Assembly: GCA_010909165.1 (NCBI GenBank)
Contig: VJWM01000329.1
Span: 1 to 58,677 of the forward strand
Direction of reading: 5' to 3'
DNA length: 58,677 nucleotides
DNA from: Anthoceros angustus
Taxonomy: Eukaryota; Plantae; Anthocerotophyta
Shown here piece after piece: positions 22,570 to 35,399 of the stretch. Numbering within the stretch: position 1 is the stretch's first letter; each line of letters begins with the position of its first letter. A model generated the notes under the pieces. The model did not search any database. It was not told where the DNA came from and saw only the letters and a list, made by a program, of their open reading frames with translations. Made by a program: the position numbers and the translations under genes.

Positions 22570-25500
22570 ACCGTGGAGCAGCCCTTTTGCAAAATTTGGA
22601 ATATACGAATGCACCATCCCAAGGAACCCACAGTTCCTTCAGCGTTGGAGCTTTTAGAGTGGCTATGACCTTGACCTTTGCTCGGATCAACCTCTATACT
22701 GCTCAAATTCATGTCCCCAAGATTCCTTCGACATGCCGAAATAGCACTTTTCCGGATGCAAACATAACGTGGCTCGACATCGTTCGGACACTCAAGGTGC
22801 ATTAGATGGTCCTTCAGCCCAAACACGCAAAAGTCGTCCAAGAAAACTTCCATAAAGTCCCGAGGAAGTCCTTGAAGATCTTGACAATGGTTCGCATGAA
22901 AGACCCAGAGCGCCCGTCACATCATGCGCTTGTAGGCATATGTTCCCATCCGTTGTAAAAGCGGTATGTCACTTTAAGGTGCAGTGGTTATAGCCTAAAT
23001 ACCCATCTAAAAGGAATACGCCATCCTACTGCGACGGATCCAAGATATTATCGATGAAGGGCAATGGAAATGATCCTTTTGGTGACCTTATTCAACCCGC
23101 TAGTCTTGGCAAACTTTTCCGGCTGTCTCTTAGGGACCACCACGATTGGAGCCACCCATTCGGTATTGACGATAGGATAGATCATCCGCCTTGAGATCTG
23201 ACTCAAGCGATCCTTTACCTTAAAGTACTTGGATTTAACTTGTCTTGCGGAATCCTCACCCGGGCTCCGGTTCCGTCAATCCTATGCTCCCCCACTCCTT
23301 GGGATACCCTTCATGTCGGTTACTTCAAGGCAAAGACATCAATGAATTGTGCAGCGGTTGCTTCATCCTCTTCAACACGCATCCATTGTTCTTGAGAATT
23401 TGAGCACTTTTCCGGAAGAACCTCAACATCCTTAACTTCATCCGCTGTACCCATTCACGCTCCTTGGTGCGGCAAACCCTTCTTGGCTCCCTGTTCCTCT
23501 TCTCATGCCCCACTCTCTAAACGGATCCTCCGGTGAAGCTGCGTACCTGTTTCTTCCTCCTCATCCGTTGTTCCCCCCGCTTTCTCCCTCTTCCATGAAA
23601 TCCAGTCGGTCTGGTTACCTGCAACGGTTGATCGGTGCGGAATATCTCTGCGATAATCCTGTTCCTCGTCAGACCATGAGATGTGCTCGAAAGGAAATTT
23701 GTCTTCTTGTTCTGTTTCCCCCGACGTGTCTTCAGCGGAGGTGTATCCTTCCGTTTCAGTTGGGGTCTCACCAGCGTACATGTCCTTACTCCAGGTTAGG
23801 CAAATCCTACCTTCCTTGGTCTTAGGATCCCATTCCAGTGGTTTGAATCCGACTTCCTTTCTTCCCCATTTGAGCGTGCATTGAGATCCGTACATCCATG
23901 TTCGACCAATTAAAACGCTATACCCCGGCGACTTGTGCTGGATGACTACATAATCCATTAGATAGGGAATGGTCCCAATGATCGTTAACACTCGTTCTCC
24001 CTCGGCACCATTACGGACATATCATGTATAAAACCTTGCATGTTCAATTTTCCAACCCCAATTTTCTGGCCGTTTCCTCCGTCATGATATTCACACCTGA
24101 CCCCGTATCGAGAGGTACCCCTTTTATGATGCATCCCGCGATCTCTACCTGGAGTTCCGCTGGCCCTTGGTCAACCATGGATACTAGGTTGACAGCAAGT
24201 GGCCTTGGTCCCGGTTTAGGAAGGCATCGCCTTTTCTTGGGCTGGGCTTCCTTCAATGCCCTCCTGATCTGCTGCCTATACCGTGGGTTGTCTCGAAGGA
24301 GTTGTCCGAATGTGATCATAAAATGCTGATCCATGATGGCCTCTGCCAAGTTAAAGGAAACACCTTCTCGTTTTTTTCCTCCGCCCGAGTTTACGTTGGT
24401 TGTAGATTCCAACTCCGTTAGGCTTCGAGGTACGGTGGCTTCCTCAGGTGGGGTGGCGGACTCGGTGGGGGCGGCATTGGACATCGCCTCCACCTTGGCC
24501 TTCTTGCCCATTCCTCACGGATCATATCCATAACCTCTTCCGTCGTCCGGTGGAAATCCTAACCCATTTTTCTCACCTCGGCATTCACAGCTTGTAAAGT
24601 GTCTTCAATTATGTCCATTCGCAATTCCTTTCCCTTTGAATTTCCACCCTCGTCCTGGAACACTACTATCTCACCGTACCTTCACCTCCCATTGGTTCGT
24701 CAGCCAAGTCCGGATGCGCTTGGGTCCGTTCCACCTCTGAACGCCGGTTCTGCAAATTTTGTCATTCCCTCGCTTGGCGCGGCCGAGAAACGCTCCCCCT
24801 CATCCGACCCTGTGGTCGTATCCACCTCCTTTCTTCTTTTCCTTCCCCACGCCTCTTCTCCTTAGCTTTTGAGCTCGCGTTCGCGACCATGGCGGATACC
24901 TCCCATAATAATCGCTATCCGTGGCATCTAAACCCTCTAAGCTTCTTAGGGTCTTAATCTTGGCGTCCTCCCATATAGCCATCAAGCGTCTTCAACATGC
25001 ATGGCCGGAACCTTGGCTCGGGCCGGTGAACCCCGTCCGGTGGTGCGCGATCCAGTTTTTTGGTGTTTTGGCGAGTACACTTCACGCCTATGCGCTTACA
25101 ATCTTGGCACGGTTTATCGAAATCTCCATTGCCTTGCGAGTTGGATAAGGGCATGCGCATAGTGTCAAGGTTGCGAGTTGTATAACAGGCGGTGCCCATT
25201 GGATTATTACCCGCGGTGATTCTGACGCCCTACGGCGAATTTCGTAAGTTGGAGGGATACATAGTCTTGGTACATTTTGGTTTGTACTTCACGAATTTGG
25301 TATGTATCCTCCACGGTATCTTCCTCTTCCTCCTCATATCAAGCGGATGCACTCTTGTTGTCGGGCGATTAGCCTTGGTGACCCTGCTGCCACGTTGAGC
25401 GAAGAGGTTAGTGGATTCGTGTGACTCTCCTTCTCTCGTGTTCCTTTACCGCGTTAAGATGGAATTTCTCAAATTTTGCTATCATCTCCTCCATCTTGTT

Positions 25501-26680
25501 TCCCTTGTTCCACTTTCTTGGGCCACCTCGGCCTCCCTCCTTGCTTGTTCCGTCCTTTTTAGCGTACATCGCCTCTTGTTTTGCCCTTGACTCCTTGTTG
25601 TCCGTGCGACCCTTCATTTTCTTTTTCCATTTGCGCTCCTCATCGATGGCCTTCCTCAGGCATCACTCGTTTCCTCCTCAGGAACTTTCATGGAATCTTA
25701 CATGGAGCTCTCTTCACTGATGAACTTTCTTCCGAGGAGGATGAGGATCCCTTCTCTTTTTCCGATCAGGCTTCTTCTTCTCCTTCTTAGCCTCCTTCTT
25801 GCGGGTTGGATTCCTCATAATTTAGCGCCGCCTTGATAGCCTTGCCCAAATTCTTCTGCTTGTAACCTTCGTGTCTCCCCATCTTAGAACCCGGGCCTTT
25901 AGCGAACCACCGTATTACTGCAACTCAGTGAGGAGGCCACGATCGCGTGGTGAAACCTCTCACATACTTGCAAGGTTTCCTTCCTTCCTCTCTGACTTTT
26001 CAAGTTTGGACAACACGTATCCCTCCACGTCAAGCCCCTAAACCTCTCACGGAGGCGGTTTTAACTCTTCAAAGGTTCTGGAGTGTGGTGACTTGATGTA
26101 TTGCGCCTATACCACTTTTTGGACCCCCGAAGAACTCCATAGAGCAAATCTGTGCATCTCCGCTTCTGGTTTGCAAATGTCGCTCAAAAGCGCTCAACAA
26201 ATTCATCGGGTCTTCATACCCTTCCCTCTCCATACCGGGGTAAGGTTGCTTGGTGGTGACCACCCGCAGTGGTGGACATGACTATCGTTCGATTCGGCGT
26301 GGTTGGTTCAACAACGGTTCTGCGGAGTCGATTGATCTCCAGCGATCGCACACTTTTGGAAGAGGTCGAGATGGAATTGGTCAGGTTCCTTGGCCGTGGT
26401 ACCTCGTCCAAGTCCGAGGTTGGGGATCTTGCTCCAACAAGATCGGACCCCGTCCTGGTTGATTCCTTCCCTTCTCCTCCCAGGTCGTCTTCTTGGATCC
26501 TCCTCAACTCGGTTTGCAACCCTTTTCAACCTTTCCGGTGCTTGGCGTTGCTTCTCTTGTGGCCTTCCGTCCGACTTGACTCTGAATCCTCGGCTCAACC
26601 GTGGCATCCATCTACCCAACTAGATACACTCCAAACTAGACACCTAAGCTATGGTTAGTCCCCTATAACCTTGACAGCGG
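22570..26680 (-). mobile_element. second Ty3/Gypsy family (non-chromovirus, Athila/Tat-like): gag-protease-RT, 3'-truncated
   Basis: Protease VPLDTGSGVNIM (~24085-24125); RT WVAPIVVVP..., MEVFLDDFCVFG (~22820-22853), YIPNFAK; gag-like EGYEDPMNLLSAFE and MEEMIAKFEKFHL upstream. Confidence 0.85.
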
Positions 26681-26681
26681 T

Positions 26682-26700
26682 TTTCCCGACAGCGCCAAAA
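26682..26700 (-). promoter_or_regulatory. primer binding site candidate
   Basis: Minus strand reads ...CA ttttggcgctgtcgggaa immediately after the LTR end at 26701. TGGCGC is the typical start of Athila/Tat PBSs; the cognate tRNA was not determined. Confidence 0.65.
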
Positions 26701-27634
26701 TGTGGAATGGGTTTTGCATCCGAAGGCATGAGAGGCCACATTTACCCTCTATGTCGTTATAGTCCTAGGATTCGATCCCAAGGGAATGGTTTTGTGTCAA
26801 GATGTTCTAAAACTATGGACTCTAGTCCTACCACAATCATCCTCACCAGCTACCATGCCTCAAACTGGAAGACTCGGCCACCACCTTGGAAGACCTACCT
26901 GGAAGACTCGGCCACCACCGTGGAAGGCTCAACCACCGAGTGGTTGGCTCAACCATCGTGGCGGGTCCCCACCACGGCCAGCGCTCGTCGCGGTGACTAT
27001 TTGTCACCCGGCTTCTCGGGCGCGGTCCTTGGGGTTATGGACATACACACACACCTACATGTACTCTTACTTCTCTTCCAGGATACTCGCGATCGGATCT
27101 TCTCCGAGGGTTATGCACCACGACCTCGACGTCGCGCCTCACTCCGCCGCTAGTTTCCCAGGGCCCCCATTCACTTCACTCTTCTCGATCATTTCCGACT
27201 TCCCCATACGCATACCAATCCCCTCCCCAGACACTCAACCGCCTCCGGGACCTTCCACTCCACAAATAAATCCTCTCTCCCTCTCACGCCACCACGGACC
27301 TCACCTCGGGCCACATGCACTCTCATGGAATGAAACACGTGGCACGGTTTGGGAAGGAAGGAGAAGGAAAACACCAAGATTATGGCGATTCGCCTAGGCG
27401 CCTCACCCCTTCGCGGAAATTCCTACCTCACCCCTGCATGCGCACCACCTCCCACCACTCCCAGGGTGAGCTTGGCCACCCGCCTCGACCACCTGTGGAT
27501 CTTCCGGCCTTCTTGTGACGAGAAGACGGTGCATCGAACCAGCTTGATGCCGATCGACGCCCTAACCAACCTCGCCAGAGATTCATCACGGAAGTTCACA
27601 CCTCAAATTGTCTATTAAGAGAGACAAAAAAGTC
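26701..27634 (-). repeat. 5' LTR of the Athila/Tat-like Gypsy (distal end interrupted)
   Basis: Starts tgtggaatgg next to the PBS. Homologous to 50256-51195 (ggccacattta.cctctatgtcgttatagtcctaggattcgatccca...aaattgtctat). Confidence 0.75.
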
Positions 27635-28212
27635 TGTCGAGGTTGCCAAGACTGCGTTATGGTACATATGTGTCCCACCTGGGACGGAGCCCATGGGACA
27701 TGGAGCCCCACAGCCGGGACAGCGGGATGTCCCATGGTACATGGCGCCCCACAGCCGGGACTACAGGGACTGTCCCCATGGGACATGGCGATCCAGTAGG
27801 GGCTGGCCCTTCCCGACCATGGGACAAATCCACGGCCAGGGACAGCCTGTGATTGGGCCAGCCATGGGACATTGCGGTCCACTGGATCGCCGGGATGCCG
27901 GACGTCACACCACAACGCCAAACACAAGGACTAAGTCACTAAAAGAATGTGAAGTTGATGTATGTTTGTTTTATAAACGTCTAGTTGGTCATTTTTAACC
28001 AAGAACATGTCCTTTATTTTGATTGGCCCATAGTCCAAGGATGCATTTCTTTTAAATACTGTTCTAGAAAATAGATCCGTTATGAGCGGATAAGTAGGTC
28101 AAGAATAGTGCTTAGCTATAGGTGTGAAAGGGCTATAGGCCCCAAATGCTGCTGTGTTCAACGTGGGAGAGGAAGAACCAAGGCGTGAGTCAGCGTTGCA
28201 TCATGGCGCAAA
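27635..28212 (+). repeat. LTR fragment of the DNMT-Gypsy family
   Basis: Collinear with 19550-20040 (gaggttgccaagac ... ttttgattggcccatagtccaagga ... atagatccgttatgagcggataa ... tgcatcatggcgcaaa). Confidence 0.75.
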
Positions 28213-28215
28213 AGA

Positions 28216-28400
28216 TGTGAACTTTCCTAATGTATAGAAAATAGCGGAAGCATGAATTAGAAAAGATTAAAGAAGTACATAGGTTAGGGGCCCTTTATAG
28301 GAGCCCGTACCCTTCGTCGTGAGGGGTGCTGTTAACGAGCTGTGGTTAGCCTAACTTGCGACTATTAGCTAGGGTTATGTGACCCTTACTAGTCTTAACA
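28216..28400 (-). repeat. 3' LTR (185 bp) of the Copia element
   Basis: Termini tgtgaa...ttaaca, abutted by ctcctcttaagg (28401-28412), i.e. PPT aagaggag-TGTT on the minus strand. Confidence 0.7.
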
Positions 28401-31400
28401 CTCCTCTTAAGGGTAACGAACTACAAGCTCCCTCTGCTCGTGGAAACATCTTCGTCCTCAAGTGTTGGGGAGGTAAGGGGCGGTCGATTAGCCCCATGCT
28501 CGCATGTCGGTAAGGGCCTTGGGCAGCCTTTGTCGACGTGCAGTTGTCTCGGTGGGCACGTGGTGGCTAGCACCACTGCTGCTCAACCACATCTCGGATA
28601 TAGTGATCAATCTCTATGTGCTTGTCTGGCGTGGAACTTGGGGCTTGAGATCGTGGCCGTGGCCGACATATTGTCACAATAGAGTGATGTGGCTGGTCTT
28701 GTCTCACGGCGGCTAGGAAAGCCCTCTCCCACTCTTCCTTGGAGGCATCGGTGAGTGACTGCCTCGGAAGAGAGTGCTAGAGGTCTGCTTCTTACAACTC
28801 CAATTCACGGTACCGAGGATAGCAAAACAATGAGCACTTAAGCTCTTCCTCGAGTCAGGTCGATGCCCGGTCGGCGTCAGGTGTAGCCGAGGAGGAGCTT
28901 GCCGCCTCCACTCGCACATTAGCCCGTATGTCGGTGCCCTTCGATAGCGAAACACTTCTCTCTTGGCTGCCAATGCGCCTTGCCCGTGTCTCTAGGAATT
29001 GAGATCATGGAAACGGAGTAATGGATGTCAGGCCGTGTCCAACCACTAACGAAGAGAAGGCTTCCTACGGCATGGCGATAGGGAATCCCATGCATTTCCT
29101 TGGCCTCTTCTTTGATTAGCGCCTTGCTCGTGATGAGTTTAGTGCCCTGACATAGGTGTGTGGCGGCCAGCATCGGCTTGAACTTCCGCAGTATCTCATT
29201 GATGTACTTGTGCTGATGGATGACCAGTTTCCTTTCGGCTCTGTTCCTTAAAATTTGAATTCCAAGACAGAATTGAAGCTCCCCAATGTCCTTCATCTCA
29301 AAACGGGAGCTTAGGAGCTGTTTAACTTCCGCTAGCAAGTCGAGGTTGTTAGCGGAGAGGATGAGGTCGTCCACATACAAGGCAAGGATGACAAAGTGAA
29401 GGCCTCGAGTCAATGTAATAGCCGTTGCACTGACGGGAAATGCGGGTAGATGTGCATAGTAATATACCACACTCCGCCTCTGTTTGAGGTATATGCACTT
29501 CCTTAAGCACTTTGTTGGGAAACTCCTTGGTAGCCTCCGATCCATGTAGAGTTCCTCGTCAAGATGTGAGGTAGGCGGTCTTGACGTCCATTTGGTGGAG
29601 CTCGAGTCCGGTTCGGTGCGGCAAGCAAAATCAGTATGGATTGCGCGCGTACCACGGGAGAAGGTCTCTTGATAGTCAGCCTTCAACCAGGAGAATCCAC
29701 GAGCTACCACCGGCCTTAAAAGCAGCCACGTCCTTGGGCGTTGAGCTTGAGCTTGAAGGTCCACTTGCGGAGATGGGCTTCCTTCCGGGCGGGTCGACAG
29801 TTCCCAAGTTTTGTTTTGAAGCAAACTCGGTACTCATCCTCCATCGCGATCCGCCCGAGGACTCAGTCCCGCAAGGGCTTGGGAAAGAGTGGTGGGTTCC
29901 TCTGGAAGAGCCGCGGGAGATAAGGCGCAATAGAGAGTCAAGGCTGTCAAGTCAATGGGCGGCCGGGCGGCTCAGATGGTGGCGCTCGGTGCAGTCGCGA
30001 GGGCCGGATTGAGTGCCGGAGCGGCCGGCAGGCTCATCGTCACCAACACGGGCTCCGCGGGCAGCTCCTCCCGCGGCGGCCGGGGGCGATCTGGCCGGTC
30101 GTCGGCGGCATCATCAGCAGTGAGCAATGGGGTAGGTACCATTGTGGTCTTCGGGAGGTATGCCGGGAGCGATAGGCTCGTTGTCCTCAGGGACGGAGCC
30201 GTCGTCCGGTTCTCCAAGTGGCCTGGGTCACCGTCTTCGGTGGGGTATGCGCACACAGTGTCGGTATCGCCTGCCGTAGGGCTGTCGACCGGCACATCTC
30301 CCTCTGGCCTGGCTGGCTCCAGAAAGGTGACAGTGCGCGCCAAGGTGATGTCGTGCGTCTCCGGGTCGAAGAGCTTATAGGCCTTGGAGCACTCGTTGTA
30401 GCCCACGAAGATAAGCTTCTTTTGCCATCCAACTTGCCGGGCGGGGATGTGAGCAAAGGCTGGCGAATACCGTAGGTGCTGAATCTTGGGCTTGCGCCAA
30501 TATACCTGAAGTGCGGCCAAGCGAGCTTGTGATCACTCGGTTGAATATAGGTGGCATACAATCGCCTCCCGAAAAACCTTGTGGGAGTCGGACCATGGCA
30601 GCATGCTCCGGTCATGGACGGGGAGAGTCTGGTTCTTGCGCTCCACTCAGATTCAGTGGAGTATAGTGCAGTGAGTTGTCTCGAATTCCTCGCTCCGGAG
30701 GAAGGCATCAAACTCATGGTTCACAAACTCTGCCGTTAATCGCTCCCTGGTCTTGACTTTGTCCGGTCGCGTTCGCCACCGGAAGCCACTCCTTGAAGTG
30801 TGTGAGCGTCTCACTCTTCGATGCATTGGGAAGGTCAAGAATATCTGCTGAAGTCGTGAGGGTGAGATAGTATATAGCACCGCCAAGGAGGGGTATGGAT
30901 CTTCCCGGATATGTCGGCATGAACTAAGGCCGATCGGCCTCGGATCGCCCCCGGAAGGGAGACTCATACGCTTGGCGATGACACGGGATTCACGGAGGTG
31001 TTGGAAGCATCTAGGGAGTGGCTCTTGGTAAAGGCCCTGTGAGGACATGGAGATGAGCTTGTGCTTGTTGATGTACCGCATGCCATAGGGGCAGCCAGTC
31101 TTGAGTGATGTCGTGACGTAAGCAGGTCCTTGTTGCTTTCGAGAATAAGTCTACTCTGAGACCGTCTTGGAGGATGGCGCCCATGAGGCCGCAGTCGACC
31201 GGGCAGTGCGTAAAGCGGCAAGAGTCGCGGGAAAAGTTACTTCCGATTGGGCTATGCCGTGAGTTGGCTGAGGGACACGAGGTTCTTCCCCATCTGTGGC
31301 ACATAGAGCACAGGCTCTAGGGTTAGTGTAGTTCCATCAGATAGGGGCAGCTCGCAAGTCCCTTGGCCGAGTATAGGCAGGCTTGACTTGTTCTGCTCGT

Positions 31401-32080
31401 CGCCAAGGAGTACCCTCTCTCACAGTCGGACGCGGTCGGTGGGAGAAGAGGGTGTAAATCGTTACAAATGTGGGCGTGCACTGTCCGGTACCACCCCCGT
31501 CCTGTTGTGGCTGGGTGCTGAAACAAACGGTAAGAATCTTCACCGTCTTGCCGTCCTCGGTCTTGCCCTTGGCCACATTTGCCGTCTGGCGAGCCGGCTT
31601 GAGGCTCCCAGCTTTCTTCTTAGGCATTCCCGGTGGCGGGAGTGCCGCCCGGTCTGATTGCCCATGAGCGAGTGCGGGAAGGTCAAGCACCCTTGAGGTG
31701 TTGGCTTGCTTCCCTTGCGCCTTCCGAAAACGGCAGGAGCGCCTTATCGCCTTGGGCTTGGACCCGCTCTGAGGTAAGGCTCTGCTTTCGTGTTGATAGG
31801 CGCTCGATAATCTCCTCCACGTAGAGAAGAGGTGGAGCCGGTGACACCAGGTTGACATCGACATCGGGGTGACAAGATGCTGGTAGGAGGGTGGTAAGCT
31901 CATCAGCAATTGGGCAGCGGCGTCCGTCTCGGTCATGGTCGAGCCGAGAGTTGCCAGCTGTCCTCGTAACTGCCGGAATCTTGAGGTATGTGCCGCCACC
32001 ATGTCGGACTCCTTCATTTTGAGGGCGTTGAACTCCTGTGGCCAGAGGGTCGAGGGGCGTTGACGTTGTAGGTGTTGGAG
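28216..32080 (-). mobile_element. Ty1/Copia LTR retrotransposon, 5'-truncated (gag-PR-IN-RT-RH)
   Basis: gag LKMKESDMVAAHTSRFRQL...LLMSLPPSY; integrase EFVNHEFDAFL..., LIFVGYNECSKAYKLFDP; RT LALYVDDLIL, TRPDIHYSV. IN-before-RT order is diagnostic of Copia. Confidence 0.92.
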
Positions 32081-32149
32081 TAGGAAACAAAAAGGGTCCA
32101 AGATTCAGTTTATATTTGACCTGTGACTCTAGCATGTTCTTCCTATTCA

Positions 32150-33000
32150 TGTGCAAGTTCAATGTAATCCCTTGTCAGTCCTCTTCTTCATCTACTTGCC
32201 ATGAGTCATTGGGCATGTTACTTATTAAAGGCCACCCTCGTGATTTAAGGCCATCTTGGTGTGCACATCAAGGTTGCATCCTCGAAGAACAGACACGAGG
32301 CGCAACGATTGAAACAAACAAGCATCGTGGAAGCAATGCCCGCATGGCAAGAAGACCCTCATTACATGAGAATCACACAGTACAACGCATGAAACTGTAC
32401 GCAAGGGCCCGGCAACGATTAGTGGCTAGGAGCTAGAATCCATTGTGGAATTGAGCCTTTCATCTTCATCATTGCATGTGCGTTTAAAACATCGGGTGGC
32501 TCCTTGGCCGATCGACATCACTGCTCGCTCAAGCTTACGCTTTTCCTATTGGCTGTGAGGCGGCTTCTAATACGTAATGGCGATCGGGCTCTAACGCTGC
32601 TAACACTGCACCTTTGCCTATGGCCCAAAATTAGCTTGCAGTTAGACCTCTAGCAAGACAACAATGTAGAGTCTTTGGAAAGTCATGTGGCGAGAAAACC
32701 TGTTCGTTCCTTGCTTGGTCGCCATCAACTTGTGCACAAATAAGGCTTATACCAGCTTCATGTTACTCAACTTGGATTGCTCCTCCAATGCCTTTGTTGT
32801 CAAACAAGCTTCTTCATTAGATAACATTGCAAGCTCCAATATCAATTGCGATTGAACCTTGAGTACGCACACTCGCCGTCTCCCAATTTGGCAAATCCAC
32901 GGCTCGGAAGCATGAAGGAAAATTAAAACCGGGGCCGGTGCACATCGTGTGATCATGTGACCAAGCTTATAAGCACTCATGGAGGTGACCACCCGGATCA
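32150..33000 (-). pseudogene. degenerate ORF with a C-terminal RING-H2-like finger, copy 1
   Basis: Minus strand ~32270-32392 reads SCVVLCDSHVMRVFLPCGHCFHDACLFQSL....GCNLDVH. Confidence 0.5.
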
Positions 33001-34004
33001 TTACCACTAGTCACGGGTTATGGTGGCCACGACCACCGGCTTCAATGCCGGTGATCGTGTGGCATGAGTTACCACTAGCTTCAATGCCGCGTTGATGGGG
33101 TGGCATGAATTGGCACCGACCAGCGGCAGGACATAATGGTCGGGGTGGACGTATGCCCAAGCACACAAGCAACCCTACTAGAAAAGGGCTCTGTTCTAGT
33201 CGTTGTTGCAATTTTATGTTACACTTCCAAATTGCAACAAGCTATGTAGGCTTGGTATTAAGTTTGACACTATTCCCTTCTCATTTTGTCACCATCTTAA
33301 CACGAACACTCTCCCTCATCACCTCACCCTCCTAAGTACACCTCTCTCTCACAAGCATTGTTTATGATTTCAAACATATACTATGCAAACTGTTATGTCC
33401 TTTGTTACAATTTCATGTAACACTTTCCATTTTGGAACACTCATTAAGTTAGTTGGCTTGGTGTTAAGTTTGTGATACTCTTCTCCACCTTCTCTCACCA
33501 TCTTAACAACATGCAAGTGGTGCTTGACCTTACACCTCACCATTAAGAGCTTAGCATTAAGTTTGTTGGCTTGGTGTTAAGTTTGTGATTTTCTTCTCCA
33601 CCTTCTCTCACCATCTTAACAACACCTTTGGTCTCTCCTTTCACCTCACACTCCTAGTTAATGCTCAAGATGACACCCATTTTATAATTTTTCCCTCTTT
33701 GTGTTGCAACATGTGTTTCCCCTCACACTACTATTTTATTCTTCCCTCTTGCTTTTCCTACATGATACAAGTAGAACTCTATCTCTCTCCCGTGTTGTCA
33801 TTCTCTTTCCATTTTGCCTCCTTTGCATAGCTATGCATTTATAATCTACCTTCCCTCTTCAATGCACCCTTGTGTCCACATCCGGTTTTGTTTTTAAGCT
33901 CACATACACAATTGAAAACTCTTGTTTTACGATTATGTATAGTAGGATTCTAGATTATTTATATGTCTATCTATATATATGGTTTGCAGCCCACTTGTTG
34001 TGTA

Positions 34005-34080
34005 TATTCCTATATATATATATATATATATAAATACGTATTTATGTGTATATATATGTATTTATACTTGTATATACTTG
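34005..34080. repeat. (TA)n microsatellite (duplicate at ~37260-37340)
   Basis: tatatatata run read directly. Confidence 0.9.
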
Positions 34081-34144
34081 TAACCTAAACATAATATTAT
34101 TTACCTATGTCTAAGTTCGTGGTGCGAGGCTCACTCTGCGTTGG

Positions 34145-34422
34145 AGGCAAGGAGGAGGAGGGGAGAGGAGGAGGAGGAGAGGAGGAGAGGAGGAAGGAGG
34201 CAAGGAGGAAAAGGGGAGAGGATCGAGGGTAGAGGAGGAGGAGGAGAGGAGGGAGGAGGAGGAGGAGAGGAGGGAGAGGGAAGGAGGAGGAGGGGAGAAA
34301 GACAGGAGGAGATTATAAGGAGGAGGAGGGAAGATGGAAAAGAAGAGGAGCAAGAGGAGGGAGAGGGAAGGAAGAGGAGGGGAGATGGGAAGGAGGAGGA
34401 GGGGAGAGGAAGGAGGAGGAGG
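34145..34422 (+). repeat. (GGA)n-rich polypurine tract (duplicate at 37388-37684)
   Basis: ~280 bp almost exclusively G/A. Confidence 0.95.
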
Positions 34423-34424
34423 CC

Positions 34425-34940
34425 CATTCCCTGTGATTTCAAGTAGACACCGTTCCATGTTGTGATTTCCAGTCTCAATTTTTGGTGATGCGTAACGGTG
34501 TGACATGAGGTTGGTGAAGGGATGGTGGCGGGCGTGATCATGCTGGCATAGCGGATCTTGTGCAGAGCATTGCAAGGTCGCCAAGACCTGTTCCAATCAT
34601 GATTTCCTCTCAATTTTCAGGCATTGCGTAACTAGCTAGTGTGATTTGATGTTAGAGAAGGCGATAGTAGCATGGCGGGTGTCTCTGTACATGTACAACT
34701 AAGTAGTTGCAGGTCGGGGCCAAGACCCATTCCATGTCATATTTCCTATCTCAAATTTTCAGGTGATGCGTAACTTATTATGATGTGAAGTTAGGAAGGC
34801 GATGGAAGAATGGCGGGGTCTCATGTACATGTATAGCTGCAAGGTGAGGCCAAGACCCATTCCATGCTTGTGATTTCCTACCTCAAAATTTTATTTGATG
34901 CGTAATGGCGATGATGTGACATTAGAGAAGGCGATGCTAG
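34425..34940. repeat. ~135-140 bp tandem repeat (caagacccattccatg..gtgatttcc...tcaaattttcaggtgatgcgtaac)
   Basis: About 4 units; again at 37685-38200 and 44910-45235. Confidence 0.8.
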
Positions 34941-35399
34941 TAGGGCGGGGTCTTGGGTGATAGGGAGTAACAAGGCCGGTGCAGTGGGAGGGACGTGTTG
35001 GAGGGCGGATCCGGTCTTTGTAGCACAAAGAAGGCGAGTGTACTATCACGGTATGAGACATGTGTTGAGTGTGACGGTGAAAACAACGCGAGTGGAAGAG
35101 GTGGAGCCGGTGACACCGTGTTGACATCGCGATCGATCGGTGACAAGATGTCTAGGAGGGTGGTAAGCTCATCGCAATTGGGCAAGGCCGTCTGGCATGG
35201 TCGAGCCGAGCCACCGCCCTCGTGAATCGGAATCTTGAGGTATGTGATGCCACCGTGTCGGACTCCTTCATTTTGAGGGCGTTGAACTCCCCGCCCGACA
35301 TCAGAGGGTCGACGTTGTTGACGTTGTAGGTGTTGGAGGAAACAAAAAGGGTCCAAGATTCATTTATATTTGACCGTGACTCTAGCATGTTCTTCCTAT

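Noticed and set aside
34111-34613. Pro/Ser/Leu-rich or Glu/Arg/Gly-rich ORFs (also 37361-37875, 2534-2837, 422-844)
   Set aside because: They are translations of microsatellites and minisatellites that lack stop codons.
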